A DNA stretch of 64,000 nucleotides from Eledone cirrhosa (GCA_964016885.1 OZ024748.1:10044001-10108000); one strand, 5' to 3'. Numbered from the stretch's first letter, positions 45,847-59,476 are shown. Notes: a model not told the origin generated them from the sequence alone. Numbers and translations: made by a program.

Positions 45847-46135
45847 TATATATATACACATATATATATACACACACACACATATATATATACACATATA
45901 TATATATATATACACATATATATATATATATACCCATATATATATACACATATACACATATATATATACATATATATATATACACACACATATATATATA
46001 TATACACACACATATATATATATATACACACACACACATATATATATATATACACACATATATATATACACATGATATGTTGATTTAAAACTGCACTATC
46101 CACAAGTGTTTTTTAGCCTTCATATCATGTTCTCC

Positions 46136-46203
46136 TGTTTTATCTGATGAAAACACAAATATTATTGCACGATGTTTGTTTTTGAAATGCGCATAATAAA
46201 ATA
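46136..46203 (+). ncRNA. Hammerhead ribozyme motif in Abi intron (antisense to Abi)
   Basis: TGTTTTAT-CTGATGA-long AU stem II (ACAAATATT/GATGTTTGT)-GAAA-TGCGCA-TA-ATAAAATA; palindromic stem III ATGCGCAT. Confidence 0.7.
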
Positions 46204-46335
46204 CATGGAACTCCTTTAACCATCTTTTGATCTTATATATTATATATACACACACACATATATATATACACACACACACATATATATATACACATATATT
46301 TATATACACATATATATATACACACATATATATAT

Positions 46336-46415
<80 letters not shown>

Positions 46416-47145
46416 TATACATATATATGTTTAGCAGCGATTCTTTGCTTAAACTTTAATCTGTTATTTAATAAATATATATATGTATATATAGATGTGT
46501 GTGTGTGTCTGTATTCATATATCATTATCATCTTTATCATCATTTGTTTCTTTTTTTTCTCTGCTAACATACAAAACCTGAACAGGAAATTCAATGACAT
46601 GTTTGTTTAAGTCGTATCTCCCACCTCAGCCCCAAACCTTCATAATCCTTTAAATCATTGTGTACTTTGAGAAAATCTGCCCTAGGTCCAATGACTGTCT
46701 CTTTCAAAGGTTGATACCAAAACCTCTGGCGGGGGGGGGGGGTCTTTTTTACATAATGAAAATTCAAGGTGACATATATATATATATATCATCATCATCA
46801 TCATTTTACATCCACTTTTCCCTGCTTGCAAGGGTGGGGCAGGAACTGATTCTGGCTTGATTTCTACAGCTGGATGCCCTTCCTAACACCAACCTCATTT
46901 ACCTCCACGACCACTTTGCAGTAGAATGATAGGGACCGTAGTCCCTATCATCTCATTTTTACAGCTGAGTAAACTGGAGCAATGTGAAATAAAGTCTCTT
47001 GCTCAAGGAAACAACACATCACCTATTCTGAGAATTGAACTCACAACCTTTTGATTGCAAGCCCCCAATGCTCTAACCACTAAGCCATGTGCCTCCATAT
47101 ATATATATATATATACATGCAATGTATGTATATATATATATATAT

Positions 47146-47450
47146 CATCATCATCATCATCATCACCGTTTTACGTCCGTTCTTCCACGCTAGCATGGGT
47201 TAGACGGGTTGTCCTGTTGTGGGCAGTGTCTGGTCGGCTGACCATGCCTTGCTCATACAGGAACTGATCTGGCTTGATTTCTACAGCTGGATGCCCTTCC
47301 TAACACCAACCTCATTTACAGTGAGTGCTGGGTGCTTTTTCGTGGCGCCTACACGTCCACTTTACAGTGTGGGCTGGGTGCTTTTTTGCCGTGGCACCTC
47401 CACGACCACCTTGCGGTGGGGGGGGGGGGCATATTGTTTATATGCTTCAT
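47146..47450 (-). mobile_element. RTE 3'UTR-derived dispersed repeat with (GAT)n tail (also 27200-27693, 33125-33277, 36124-36475, 36845-37020, 54646-54930, 59285-59445, 62307-62545)
   Basis: Recurrent gctggatgcccttcctaacaccaacc and ctagcatgggttaga next to (CAT)n. Confidence 0.8.
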
Positions 47451-48004
47451 ATATGCAATGTATATATATATATATGCAATGATATACATATATATAAGTT
47501 ACACATGCATACAGACAGACAGACAAACACACACACATACGCATATATATATATATATACACACACACAGACATTATATATATATATACACACACACATA
47601 TATATATACATAATTACATCTCATTTCCTTCTCACTGTCAGTATGATAACCAGACAAAGACATTCTCTCTTTCTCTTTCTTCCTTTTTCTCTTTATGTGT
47701 GTTGATTGTACTTTATGGATTCTGTTTTGTTCTCTTCCCTCCAGCCCCCTTACATTTAATGTCTCATTGTTATATTCTGAGGGATTTGGGGTGAAAGACT
47801 GAAAGGAAAGGTGAACACTGCCAAGATTTCTGAGACCTGAGCCAGAGTCGAAGATATGAGTGGTGAACAGTGAAGTAACAGTGTGGGTTTTTTTTAAAAG
47901 AATGGAAATGAGAATGGTCTGGTGGCTGAATGGATGGAGTATTGCTGAGAGAAAAAGATAAACAATGAATTGCAGAGGGTGATGGAAATAGAACCAGTGA
48001 TTAA

Positions 48005-48225
48005 CCCTTTAGCATTTAAACAGGCCATATCCGACCAGAATTCTTCCATCTCTTTCTCTTCAAACCGGCTGTAACTGGCCACTCATACTAATGTTAAGGT
48101 ATTTTTCTCAAAATATATAATATCAAAATCTCATAGATTCGATATTATGTGAGATAATTGTGTAAGATAAAGCCTTTACCGTGAAAATACAATAGTATAT
48201 ATAGAGTAACGTAAATGCTAAAGGG
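48005..48225. mobile_element. piggyBac-like MITE
   Basis: TTAA-CCCTTTAGCATTTA...TAAATGCTAAAGGG-TTAA. Confidence 0.78.
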
Positions 48226-48439
48226 TTAAAGGGGAAATGTGATGTTTGGGTCACATGTTGAGGAAATATGAAAGTGACTAAGTGAGAGGAGTGATGGAGA
48301 GGAGTGATGGAAATGAATGTGGAAGGAAGTAAAGAAAAGGGAAGATCAAGAAAGACTTAACTGAAGATGATGGTGGAAGAAATGAAAGCCTGGGCTTTGA
48401 TAAAGAGGGATGCAAATGATAAGGAAAGGTGGAGAAGCT

Positions 48440-48800
48440 TTGTCAATGTGTGTGAATGACCAAGCATAGATGAGTTGAGAGAGAAACTGTGTATAAGAGG
48501 GAGAGGCTGTAGTGTGCGGGAGAGAAGATTGCGTTGGTATGGACATGTGATGTGCATGGAGGATGACTGTTGGGTAAAGAAGTGCCAAGAAATCCCAGTA
48601 GAAGGAAACGCAGTAGAGGAAGATCATGAAAAGCATGGGCGGAGGTGGTGAGAGCAGACCCCAGATCATTGAAACTCAGGGAGGAGATGACAATGAACCG
48701 TGACAAATGGAGAGATGCTGTGCTAAATAGGACCCGTCCCACCCTTGCAAGCAGGGAAAAGCGGACGTAAAAGGATGATGATGATGATGATGATGATGAT
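48440..48800 (+). mobile_element. RTE-type LINE 3' fragment, same family as 59745-60452
   Basis: Nucleotide similarity (gagagaaactgtgt...gacccgtcccacccttgcaagcagggaaaagcggacgtaa) and (GAT)n tail. Confidence 0.85.
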
Positions 48801-49009
48801 GCAAGGCTAACTTCAACAAGGAAGATGACTTTAAAACACATCTTTCTAGTAGCTTTTCTTCAAGCTGTTAGACATCCTTGAATTAAATATATGAAACTGC
48901 TCTTATGCACAAAATCATATTTCCAGGTTGCCAAGCTGATTTTTAACAAATATATACATATATTATTAGAACAACTTCTACCTCAATAAATGGAATTTCT
49001 ATATAAAAT

Positions 49010-49500
49010 ACCTTAGAACTTACATATAAAACACCTTAGAATTTATGTATGAAACACCTTAGAATTTATGTACAGGACACCTTAGAATTTATGTATAAAA
49101 CACCTTAGAATTTATGCACAGAACACGTTAGAATTTATGTATAAAACACGTTAGAATTTATGTATAAAACACGTTAGAATTTATGTATAAAACACGTTAG
49201 AATTTATGTATAAAACACCTTAGAATTTATGTATAAAACACCTTAGAATTTATGTATAAAACACCTTAGAATTTATGTATAAAACACCTTAGAATTTATG
49301 TATAAAACACCTTAGAATTTATGTATAAAACACCTTAGAATTTATGTATAAAACACCTTAGAATTTATGTATAAAACACCTTAGAATTTATGTATAAAAC
49401 ACCTTAGAATTTATGTATAAAACACCTTAGAATTTATGTATAAAACACCTTAGAATTTATGTACAGAACACCTTAGAATTTATGTACAGAACACGTTAGG
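49010..49500. repeat. 23-bp minisatellite
   Basis: Unit aaaacaccttagaatttatgtat. Confidence 0.95.
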
Positions 49501-49767
49501 AATTATATCAGAACACAGTAGAACTTATGTCAGAACACAGTAGAACACCTACCTTCATACATAAAAAGCAAACAATTTCCAATGGCAGATTTAATTAACT
49601 TTAAACAGTAAATATTAAAACATGACTGGCTTGAAATAATTGGGAAATAAAACAAACATTGTTTTTGATTTGTTTGGTTTTATAGTCTATTTGTTCTATT
49701 TCTATTTTTCCATTAGGACAGCATGAATGGCTTAGTTTATAGGATAACAAACAACAAACTGAAGGAT

Positions 49768-50580
49768 CTGTGGTCATATACTGTCAGTAGACTGAACTGT
49801 ATTGTAGCGATATGGAGACTGGGGTGACAGGTCCTCTGAAGGGTTTGTGGTATATATACTGTCAGTAGACTGAACTGGATTGTAACTATATGGAGGGTGA
49901 AGGACAGGTGTTCTGAAGGGTTTGTGGTCATATACTCTCAATAGACTGAACTGTATTGTAACTATATGGAGGGTGAAGGACAGGTGTTCTGAAGGGTTTG
50001 TGGTCATATACTGTCAGTAGACTGAACTGTATTGTAGTCATATTGAGGGTGGGATGACAGGTCCACTGAAGGGTTTGTGGTCATATACTCTCAATAGACT
50101 GAACTGGATTGTAACCATATGGAGGGTGAAGGACAGGTGTTCTGAAGGGCTTATAGTCATATACTGTCATTAGACTGAACTGTATTGTAGCGATATTGAG
50201 GGTGGCGTGACAGGTCTTCTGAAGGGTTTGTGGTCATATACTCTCAATGTCAAGGTGTGTGGCTAAGTGGGTAGAGAATTGGATTTGCAATCATGAGGTT
50301 GTGAGCTCAATTCCTGGACTGGGTGATGCGTTGTGTCCTTGGGCAAGACACTTTATTTCACATTGTTCCTTCTATTTGGAGTTGCGACCGATAGAGAGTA
50401 TTAGCTATTTGAAAGACCAACGGAAACATTGTTTCCTCAGTCCGATTTGATGAAAGTTGATTGACTGTTGATACTGTCAATAGACTGAACAGTATTGTAG
50501 GGATATGGAGGTTGGGGTGACAGGTCCTCTAGAGGGTTTGTAGTCATATACTGTCACTAGACTGAACTGTATTGTAGCCA
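49768..50580. repeat. 76-bp minisatellite interrupted by a SINE
   Basis: Unit tgtggtcatatactgtcagtagactgaactgtattgta...gaagggtt; SINE at about 50248-50470. Confidence 0.88.
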
Positions 50581-50632
50581 GGGTACCAGTAGCAAGCATA
50601 AGCCTGACTTCACACAACTCACACACACTCAC

Positions 50633-50667
<35 letters not shown>

Positions 50668-50943
50668 GGAGGCACGTGGCCAAGTGGTAAGGGTGTTGGA
50701 TTTCCGATCATAATGTCGTGGGTTCAATTCCTGGGTTGTGTGTTGTGTTCTTGAGCAAAACACTTCATTTCATGTTGCTTCAATATACTCAGCTGAAAAT
50801 GAATACCAGCAATAGCTGGGGGTTTAACCCTGTGGTGGACTGGCGTCCGGTCCAGGGAGGGAGTCTTGTACTCTCAGTAGCTTCACACCATGAAACCGGG
50901 ATAAGCACAGGCCTAACAAGCCTTCTGGCTTAAAACAGACTTT

Positions 50944-51320
50944 GGATTGGCAGTATCGGTAGAGGGTTTGACGCCATGCTTTCCAGCATAGTTATGTCCC
51001 TTTACGATCTAAGTTCAAATCCCGCCGAGGTTGACTTTGCCTTTCATCCTTACGGGGTCGATAAAATAAAGTACCAGTAAGGCACTGGGTAATTGCTGGC
51101 CTTGTGCCTAAAGTAGAAACAATTATTTAATTACATAATTGTTTCTACTTTAGGCACAAGGCCAGCAATTACCCAGTACATAACTGGTACTTTATTTTAT
51201 CGACCCCGTAAGGATGAAACGCAAAGTTAACCTCGACGGGATTTGAACTCAGAATGATAAGGGCCGTAACTCTATGCGTCAAAGCATGGCGTCCGACCCT
51301 CTACCGATACTGCCAATCCA
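50944..51320. mobile_element. Two Nin/Deu-domain-like SINEs tail to tail (other copies 1-50, 1650-1725, 41625-41770, 53715-53870, 61503-61830)
   Basis: gttcaaatcccgccgaggttgactttgcctttcatccttacggggtcgataaaataaagtaccag on plus at 50944-51128 and on minus at 51137-51320. Confidence 0.8.
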
Positions 51321-51328
51321 CCTCCCTA

Positions 51329-51476
51329 TATTTAATTACATAATAAACAGCACAATATAATTATTTCATTACCCAAGGTTTCAAGAAACTAGATGTTTCT
51401 TGCAAGAATCATCTAGTTTCTTGAAACCTTCGGTAATGAAATAATTATATTGTGTTGTTTATTATGTAATTAAATA
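51329..51476. repeat. Palindrome with 74-bp arms
   Basis: Centre ttcttg|caagaa at 51402/51403; the right arm continues into sequence shared with 1790-1880. Confidence 0.85.
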
Positions 51477-52019
51477 GCTCTGTACAATACATAGAGCACT
51501 CTTCTTTCCTTTATGAGTGGCCAGTTACAGCTGGTTTGAACAAAAAGAGATAAGAGAGTTCTAGCCGGACATGACCAGTTTAAATGCTAAAGGGTTAATC
51601 CATTTTGAAAGTAGACTGATAAGTAAAGTACCAGCCCAGAGAGAGAGAAGGAGGATTTGCGGTATATTTGGCTGATATTTCTAGTATGTCGAATGACCAC
51701 ATAGAGGCCTCCCTTTCTGGCTGTCATCTATTGTTCTTCTTCTATTGTTTATCATCATACAGCTGGTGTGTTTAAGTGAATTAATCTTCACACAACTAAA
51801 AATAAAACAAAAACAAAATAACCCCAATTCATTCAAAGATAAATAAGCTACTCATGGTCGCCACCTCACACACATACACATATATACATATATACACATA
51901 TATACACACATATAAACACACACATTCACATATACACACAAATATACACATACACACACACATATACACATATATACACACATACATACACATATATACA
52001 CACATACATACACATATAT

Positions 52020-52085
<66 letters not shown>

Positions 52086-52248
52086 ATATATACACACATA
52101 TATATATATATATACACACACACACATATACAATATATACACATATACACACACACACATACGAACCTATACTGACACATACACAGACACACGCACACAC
52201 ATACACACATACACACACATATATACACACATACACACACACATATAT

Positions 52249-52292
<44 letters not shown>

Positions 52293-52679
52293 GTACATAC
52301 ACATATATAAACACGCACACGTACACACATATACAGACACACATACACACACACATACACACTCACATACATCATGCACAGGGAACATCGAGATGGTCTC
52401 TCAGCCAGTTAAAAATAGCAGCCAAATCCCCCTCAAAACACACCCTACAGACATGCTGGATAATGTGGTTTTCCAGAGTTGGTCTCGTTGACCATATGGA
52501 AGGGTTAAAGAGGGATGGTCATCAATGGAAAGGCCTTTGATCATAATAAGTCTGCTGGATCAGTGTCCTGACTCGGGGCTATACAACAACATCAACAACA
52601 ACCTTACTCATCGCATCCACATGACTTAATCTATCTATTATGTATGACTAAACATATATGTATATATACATATGTATAC

Positions 52680-52716
<37 letters not shown>

Positions 52717-52807
52717 AACTAGTGGGACCCCGAGGGCTGAGCTCAAGCCGTTTCGACGGCTAATTCTGGACTAAATTTAGTCCAGAATTAGCCGTCTAAT
52801 ATATATA

Positions 52808-52864
<57 letters not shown>

Positions 52865-52987
52865 GACCGAGTAAGTTAGATCGCAGATATAAAAGACAGC
52901 GAGAAGCGAAAACCAACCAAACAGTGAGTGTGTTCTGTTATTAATTCTGGCAATATTACGCAAATATGACCCTCCCCAAGTGTAACA

Positions 52988-53051
<64 letters not shown>

Positions 53052-53254
53052 AGACATATATATATATAAAGTAATTTACATAAGTTTATGATTCAACAGT
53101 ATAAGGCATTCAGATAAGATATTTAAAGCTCTGATGTGATTTTTTTCAATATCCAGATTGACAGAGAATGAAACATATGTAAATCAAGTCAATAATGTAT
53201 CAATGGTTAAACCTTGGTGATCTATTATTTTTGTTCTGTACAGATCATGTTATA

Positions 53255-53419
53255 CAGGTAAAATTTCGTTATAACGAATACCACTATAACAAATTTTTCA
53301 GAAAATATTTTCAATCCCCGACCACATGCTCAATATTAGATCAATCTCGTTATAAAGAATTTTTCATTACAACAATTTTATTTTATAGCCGTGAATTTCG
53401 TTATAACAGAATTTCACTG
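53255..53419. mobile_element. pogo/Tigger-like MITE
   Basis: TA-CAGGTAAAATTTCGTTATAAC...GTTATAACAGAATTTCACTG-TA. Confidence 0.7.
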
Positions 53420-54117
53420 TATAAAGAAAATTATTTTTAAAAAGGGTTTGAGAAGCACACCTTGTATATATATAAAGGATCTTTATAACATGTACAAAAA
53501 TTGATGTTTAGCAAAGATCTCTTACTTTAGCAAAGACAGAAGCGGCCAAAACCAATGTAGTTGAGCTCAGCCTGCTGGAGTTTTAGTAAGAAAAAACAAT
53601 TTAACCTAATAACAAATGTTTTGATAATCCAAGGAGAAAGCAGGCTTTGCTAAATACAAATTTTTAACATCAAATTTTTGTACAAGTTATAATGGTCCAA
53701 TATATATACACCTGGTGTGGCGGCAATTTGGCAGAGTGATTAAGACGTCAGATAGAATGCTTTACATCCCACCTCATTGCATGCTCTGAGATCAAATCCC
53801 GCCATGGTCAACTTTGCCTTTTATCCTTTTGAGGTTGATAAAAAAAAATATCAGTCCAGTACTGGGGTTGGTTCTTCCTCTATAGAAAAAACAGCTGTGT
53901 TCAGAGTTGGAGAGGTTTGGGCTCTGCCGAGTTTAAAAGTGCCCTAGGCATGTTGTATGACGGTGCCTCTACGACTCCACAAGGAGTAATGGGATCTTTA
54001 TACTAGGTGTGCTTTTCAAACCCTTATTTAACATCATTTTCCTTCTATATAGAGAAAGAAGAGGAAGGGGAAAGAAGTATTAGATTTGCTGTGTCTATAA
54101 AATACCACAGTACTTAC

Positions 54118-54252
54118 CTCTTTATAATGTTCATCACAATAGTCAGCCACTTGTCTCAGATTCTCGTAGTTTCGACCAAGTTGTTTAACAGCATCGGGAA
54201 GCTCATTACGACACAGTTCCTCGATAGTTCTCTTTCCTTCCGTAGCAGCCAT
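54118..54252 (-). CDS. Abi: Abl interactor (Abi) coding exon 1 (start codon; WAVE-binding N-terminus)
   Basis: MAATEGKRTIEELCRNELPDAVKQLGRNYENLRQVADYCDEHYKE resembles ABI1 [39 protein letters not shown]. Ends GAG|GTAAGT, phase 0. A candidate acceptor (TTCTTCATAG|) at 54566 suggests an upstream non-coding exon. Confidence 0.9.
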
Positions 54253-55065
54253 TTTTATACTCCTGTTATACCTGTTGCTGTGGTTGCTGTTGCTGGTGGT
54301 TGAGTAGTAGTCTTAATGTTCCAGTGGAGAACGGTGTCTAGAGAAGAGGGACCCCTTCTTCAGGATCCATTAAAGAAGAAGAAAGGGGGAGGGGTATTAT
54401 TTTCTTTTTCTTCTGTTCTTTATTTCTTAATTGTTTTGATTAATTTATTTATTTCTGGTAGAGGCCGTCATTAAAATAAGAAGTATCCTCCATGTGTGGT
54501 ATAGAAGCAATTCTTTTAACTGGTAACTCCAACCTCCACGTTGTGCCAGAGGGAAGGATTAGATTCCTATGAAGAAGAAAATAAAAAATAAATTAATAAA
54601 AGGATCACCCAAAAATATTTCAGAACAAATATCATATATATATAATCATCATCATCATCATCATCATCATCACCGTTTTACGTCCATTCTTCCACACTAG
54701 CATAGGTTAGACAGGTTGTCCTGTTGTGGGCAATGCCAGGTCGGGTGACCTTGTCTTGCTCATATGGAAACTGATTTGGCTTGATTTCTACAGCTGGATG
54801 CCCTTCCTAACACCAACGTCATTTTCAATGAGTGCTGGGTGTTTTTTTTACCGTGGTGCCTACACGACCACTTTACAGTGTGGACTGGGTGTATTTTTTT
54901 ATCATGACACAACCACCTACACGACCACTTTCAAGAAATCCTGAATAAACCTCATACACCCGAATGTGTCTCCATAAACAATAGCTCTCTACTGAGTGGA
55001 ACATTAGAAAATATACTTGTGTGTTCCATCAGCCATTTTGAAAAAAAAAAGAATATATATATATA

Positions 55066-55106
<41 letters not shown>

Positions 55107-55688
55107 CCAGCTGTGGTGGTGCTGGTGATGGTGTTGGAATGGTGTTGGCAGTGGTGGTGAAGGTGGTGGTAATGGTGGTAATGATGGTGGTGATGGTGGT
55201 GGAGAAGGTGGTGGTGGTAGTGGCGGTGGAGGTGAGAATGTGTGAATATAGAAATACTAATAGTCTAAACAGACTTTATTAGTTATTAAATGTATTTATG
55301 TTATATAAATATAATACACACACACATACATACATATACATACATACACATACATGCATAACATACATGCACACATACACATACATACATATACACATAC
55401 AGACACAGCATACACATACATATATACATACATATATACATACATATATACATCCATACACATACATATATATATACATACACACACACATACATACATA
55501 CATATACATACACATACATACATACATACATATATACATACACATACACATACATACACTCATACATACACACACACACACACACACACTCATACACACA
55601 TACACGTGTACCAAGTAGACAAACAGAAGATAAGGAAATAAGATAATCCAGGATAAACTTGTATTTAGGTCATTTACATTTAACACAT

Positions 55689-55743
<55 letters not shown>

Positions 55744-55944
55744 CCTCCATACATATCTATGCACACACACACACTCCTTCATACATATCTATCTACAAAC
55801 ACACACTCTTCTATACAAATCTACACACACACACACACACACTCCTCCATACATATTTACACACACACACACACCTCTATACATATTTACACACACACAC
55901 ACACCTCTATACATATTTACACACACACACACACCTCTATACAT

Positions 55945-55976
<32 letters not shown>

Positions 55977-55993
55977 CTCTATACATATTTACA

Positions 55994-56046
<53 letters not shown>

Positions 56047-56732
56047 CTATACATATCTATGTATTTGTACATATAGTGATAACTATGTAAGATAAAGCCT
56101 TTACAATGAAAATACAATAGTAAGTATAGAGTAATGTAAATGTAAATGGTAAAGGGTTCACCCTTTAGCATTTAAACCGGCCATATCCGGCCATAATTCT
56201 CTCACCTCTTTCTTTTCAAACTGGCTGTAACCGGCCACTCATGCTAATGTTAAGGTATTGTTCTCAAAATAAATAACATCAACATCTCATAGATTCGATA
56301 GTATGTAAGATAAATTATGTAAGATAAAGCCTTTACCATGAAACTACAATAATATGTTAGAGAGTAATGTAAATGTTATGTGAAGTAATTATGTAAGATA
56401 AAGCCTTTACCATGAAACTACAATAGTATCGAGAATGACACAGCTAGAGACTTATAGAATACTTAGCTGTGTACAGGAACTGGTTTGAAAGAGCGGTTGC
56501 CGGTCCGGCAGAAATTAGAAATTGGAATAAATGCTCTGAAATAGCGATATATATGTGAATATAGACATAGAATATTCGAAAATATTCTGTATGTTTATAA
56601 TAATTTCAGAGCATTTATTCCAATTTCTAATTTCTGCCGGACCGGCAACCGCTCTTTCAAACCAGTTCCTGTACACAGCTAAGTATTCTATAAGTCTCTA
56701 GCTGTGTCATTCTCGATAAAAGCACTGGATAT

Positions 56733-56775
56733 GTAGCCCTGATGAATTCTAACAAGAATGAAACGCGTAGATTAC
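56733..56775 (+). ncRNA. Minimal type I hammerhead ribozyme, array copy 1 (stem I C variant)
   Basis: GTAGCC-CTGATGA-ATTCT/AACA/AGAAT-GAAA-CGCG-TA-GATTAC; one C.A mismatch in stem I. Copy 3 (57353-57395) carries the same variant. Confidence 0.75.
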
Positions 56776-57042
56776 TTCCCTTTCTTTTATCGAGAATCTA
56801 ATTGTAATACGTGACGTATTCTATTCTATAGCGATTAGGTCTTCAAAATGTTTATTATAAACATACAGAATATTTTCGAATATTCTATGTCTATATTCAC
56901 ATATATATCGCTATTTCAGAGCATTTATTCCAATTTCTAATTTCTGCCGGACCGGCAACCGCTCTTTCAAACCAGTTCCTGTACACAGCTAAGTATTCTA
57001 TAAGTCTCTAGCTGTGTCATTCTCGATAAAAGCACTGGATAT

Positions 57043-57085
57043 GTAGTCCTGATGAATTCTAACAAGAATGAAACGCGTAGATTAC
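57043..57085 (+). ncRNA. Minimal type I hammerhead ribozyme, array copy 2 (same sequence at 57663, 57973, 58283, 58593)
   Basis: Stem I GTAGTC/GATTAC, core CUGAUGA, 5-bp stem II ATTCT/AGAAT, GAAA, palindromic stem III ACGCGT, GUA cleavage triplet. Outer 14-bp helix ATTCTCGATAAAAG/CTTTTATCGAGAAT. Confidence 0.85.
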
Positions 57086-59476
57086 TTCCCTTTCTTTTAT
57101 CGAGAATCTAATTGTAATACGTGACGTATTCTATTCTATAGCGATTAGGTCTTCAAAATGTTTATTATAAACATACAGAATATTTTCGAATATTCTATGT
57201 CTATATTCACATATATATCGCTATTTCAGAGCATTTATTCCAATTTCTAATTTCTGCCGGACCGGCAACCGCTCTTTCAAACCAGTTCCTGTACACAGCT
57301 AAGTATTCTATAAGTCTCTAGCTGTGTCATTCTCGATAAAAGCACTGGATATGTAGCCCTGATGAATTCTAACAAGAATGAAACGCGTAGATTACTTCCC
57401 TTTCTTTTATCGAGAATCTAATTGTAATACGTGACGTATTCTATTCTATAGCGATTAGGTCTTCAAAATGTTTATTATAAACATACAGAATATTTTCGAA
57501 TATTCTATGTCTATATTCACATATATATCGCTATTTCAGAGCATTTATTCCAATTTCTAATTTCTGCCGGACCGGCAACCGCTCTTTCAAACCAGTTCCT
57601 GTACACAGCTAAGTATTCTATAAGTCTCTAGCTGTGTCATTCTCGATAAAAGCACTGGATATGTAGTCCTGATGAATTCTAACAAGAATGAAACGCGTAG
57701 ATTACTTCCCTTTCTTTTATCGAGAATCTAATTGTAATACGTGACGTATTCTATTCTATAGCGATTAGGTCTTCAAAATGTTTATTATAAACATACAGAA
57801 TATTTTCGAATATTCTATGTCTATATTCACATATATATCGCTATTTCAGAGCATTTATTCCAATTTCTAATTTCTGCCGGACCGGCAACCGCTCTTTCAA
57901 ACCAGTTCCTGTACACAGCTAAGTATTCTATAAGTCTCTAGCTGTGTCATTCTCGATAAAAGCACTGGATATGTAGTCCTGATGAATTCTAACAAGAATG
58001 AAACGCGTAGATTACTTCCCTTTCTTTTATCGAGAATCTAATTGTAATACGTGACGTATTCTATTCTATAGCGATTAGGTCTTCAAAATGTTTATTATAA
58101 ACATACAGAATATTTTCGAATATTCTATGTCTATATTCACATATATATCGCTATTTCAGAGCATTTATTCCAATTTCTAATTTCTGCCGGACCGGCAACC
58201 GCTCTTTCAAACCAGTTCCTGTACACAGCTAAGTATTCTATAAGTCTCTAGCTGTGTCATTCTCGATAAAAGCACTGGATATGTAGTCCTGATGAATTCT
58301 AACAAGAATGAAACGCGTAGATTACTTCCCTTTCTTTTATCGAGAATCTAATTGTAATACGTGACGTATTCTATTCTATAGCGATTAGGTCTTCAAAATG
58401 TTTATTATAAACATACAGAATATTTTCGAATATTCTATGTCTATATTCACATATATATCGCTATTTCAGAGCATTTATTCCAATTTCTAATTTCTGCCGG
58501 ACCGGCAACCGCTCTTTCAAACCAGTTCCTGTACACAGCTAAGTATTCTATAAGTCTCTAGCTGTGTCATTCTCGATAAAAGCACTGGATATGTAGTCCT
58601 GATGAATTCTAACAAGAATGAAACGCGTAGATTACTTCCCTTTCTTTTATCGAGAATCTAATTGTAATACGTGACGTATTCTATTCTATAGCGATTAGGT
58701 CTTCAAAATGTTTATTATAAACATACAGAATATTTTCGAATATTCTATGTCTATATTCACATATATATCGCTATTTCAGAGCATTTATTCCAATTACAAT
58801 AGTATGTTAGAGAGTAATGTAAATGTTATGTGAAGTAATTATGTAAGATAAAGCCTTTACCATGAAACTACAATAATATGTTAGAGAGTAATGTAAATGT
58901 TATGTGAAGTAATTATGTAAGATAAAGCCTTTACCATGAAACTACAATAGTATGTTAGAGAGTAATGTAAAGGGTTAAGGAAGAAGTCTATTACACATTC
59001 ACCACAAATTGGCAGAGTTGATAAGATGTCAGATAGAATGCTTTACAGTATTTGTCCCACCTCATATATATATATATATATGTGCACACACATACATATA
59101 TATATACATATGTATATATGTGGACATACACATACATACACATATATATATATACATATATATGTGGACATACACATATACACACATATATATATATACA
59201 TATATATATACACACATATACATACATATATATACATATATATATACACATATACATACATATACACACACATATATATATATATCATCATCATCATCAT
59301 CAGGTTTAGCGTCCGTGTTCCACGCTTGCATGGGTTTGGACGGGGGTTTTCCCACTTGAGGCAAGAGTGGTTGTCTTGCTCGCATAGGACTGTCTGGCGG
59401 GTTTTCTACAGTTGGATGCCCTTCCTAACACCAACCACATTTACATATATATACATATACATACACATACATATAT

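Larger units (their letters stand above)
56430..58794 (+). mobile_element. Tandem array of about seven 310-bp units, each with a type I hammerhead ribozyme, with inverted 5' head (non-LTR retrozyme / Penelope pLTR-like)
   Basis: Period of exactly 310 bp (ctattctatagcg at 56821, 57131, 57441...). 56430-56603 is an inverted partial unit. TACAATAGTAT flanks both ends (56419-56429, 58795-58805). Confidence 0.85.
56161..58974. mobile_element. piggyBac-like MITE with internal tandem duplications, split by the HHR array
   Basis: Begins CCCTTTAGCATTTAAACCGG and ends AAAGGG-TTAA; MITE sequence resumes at 58795. Confidence 0.7.
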
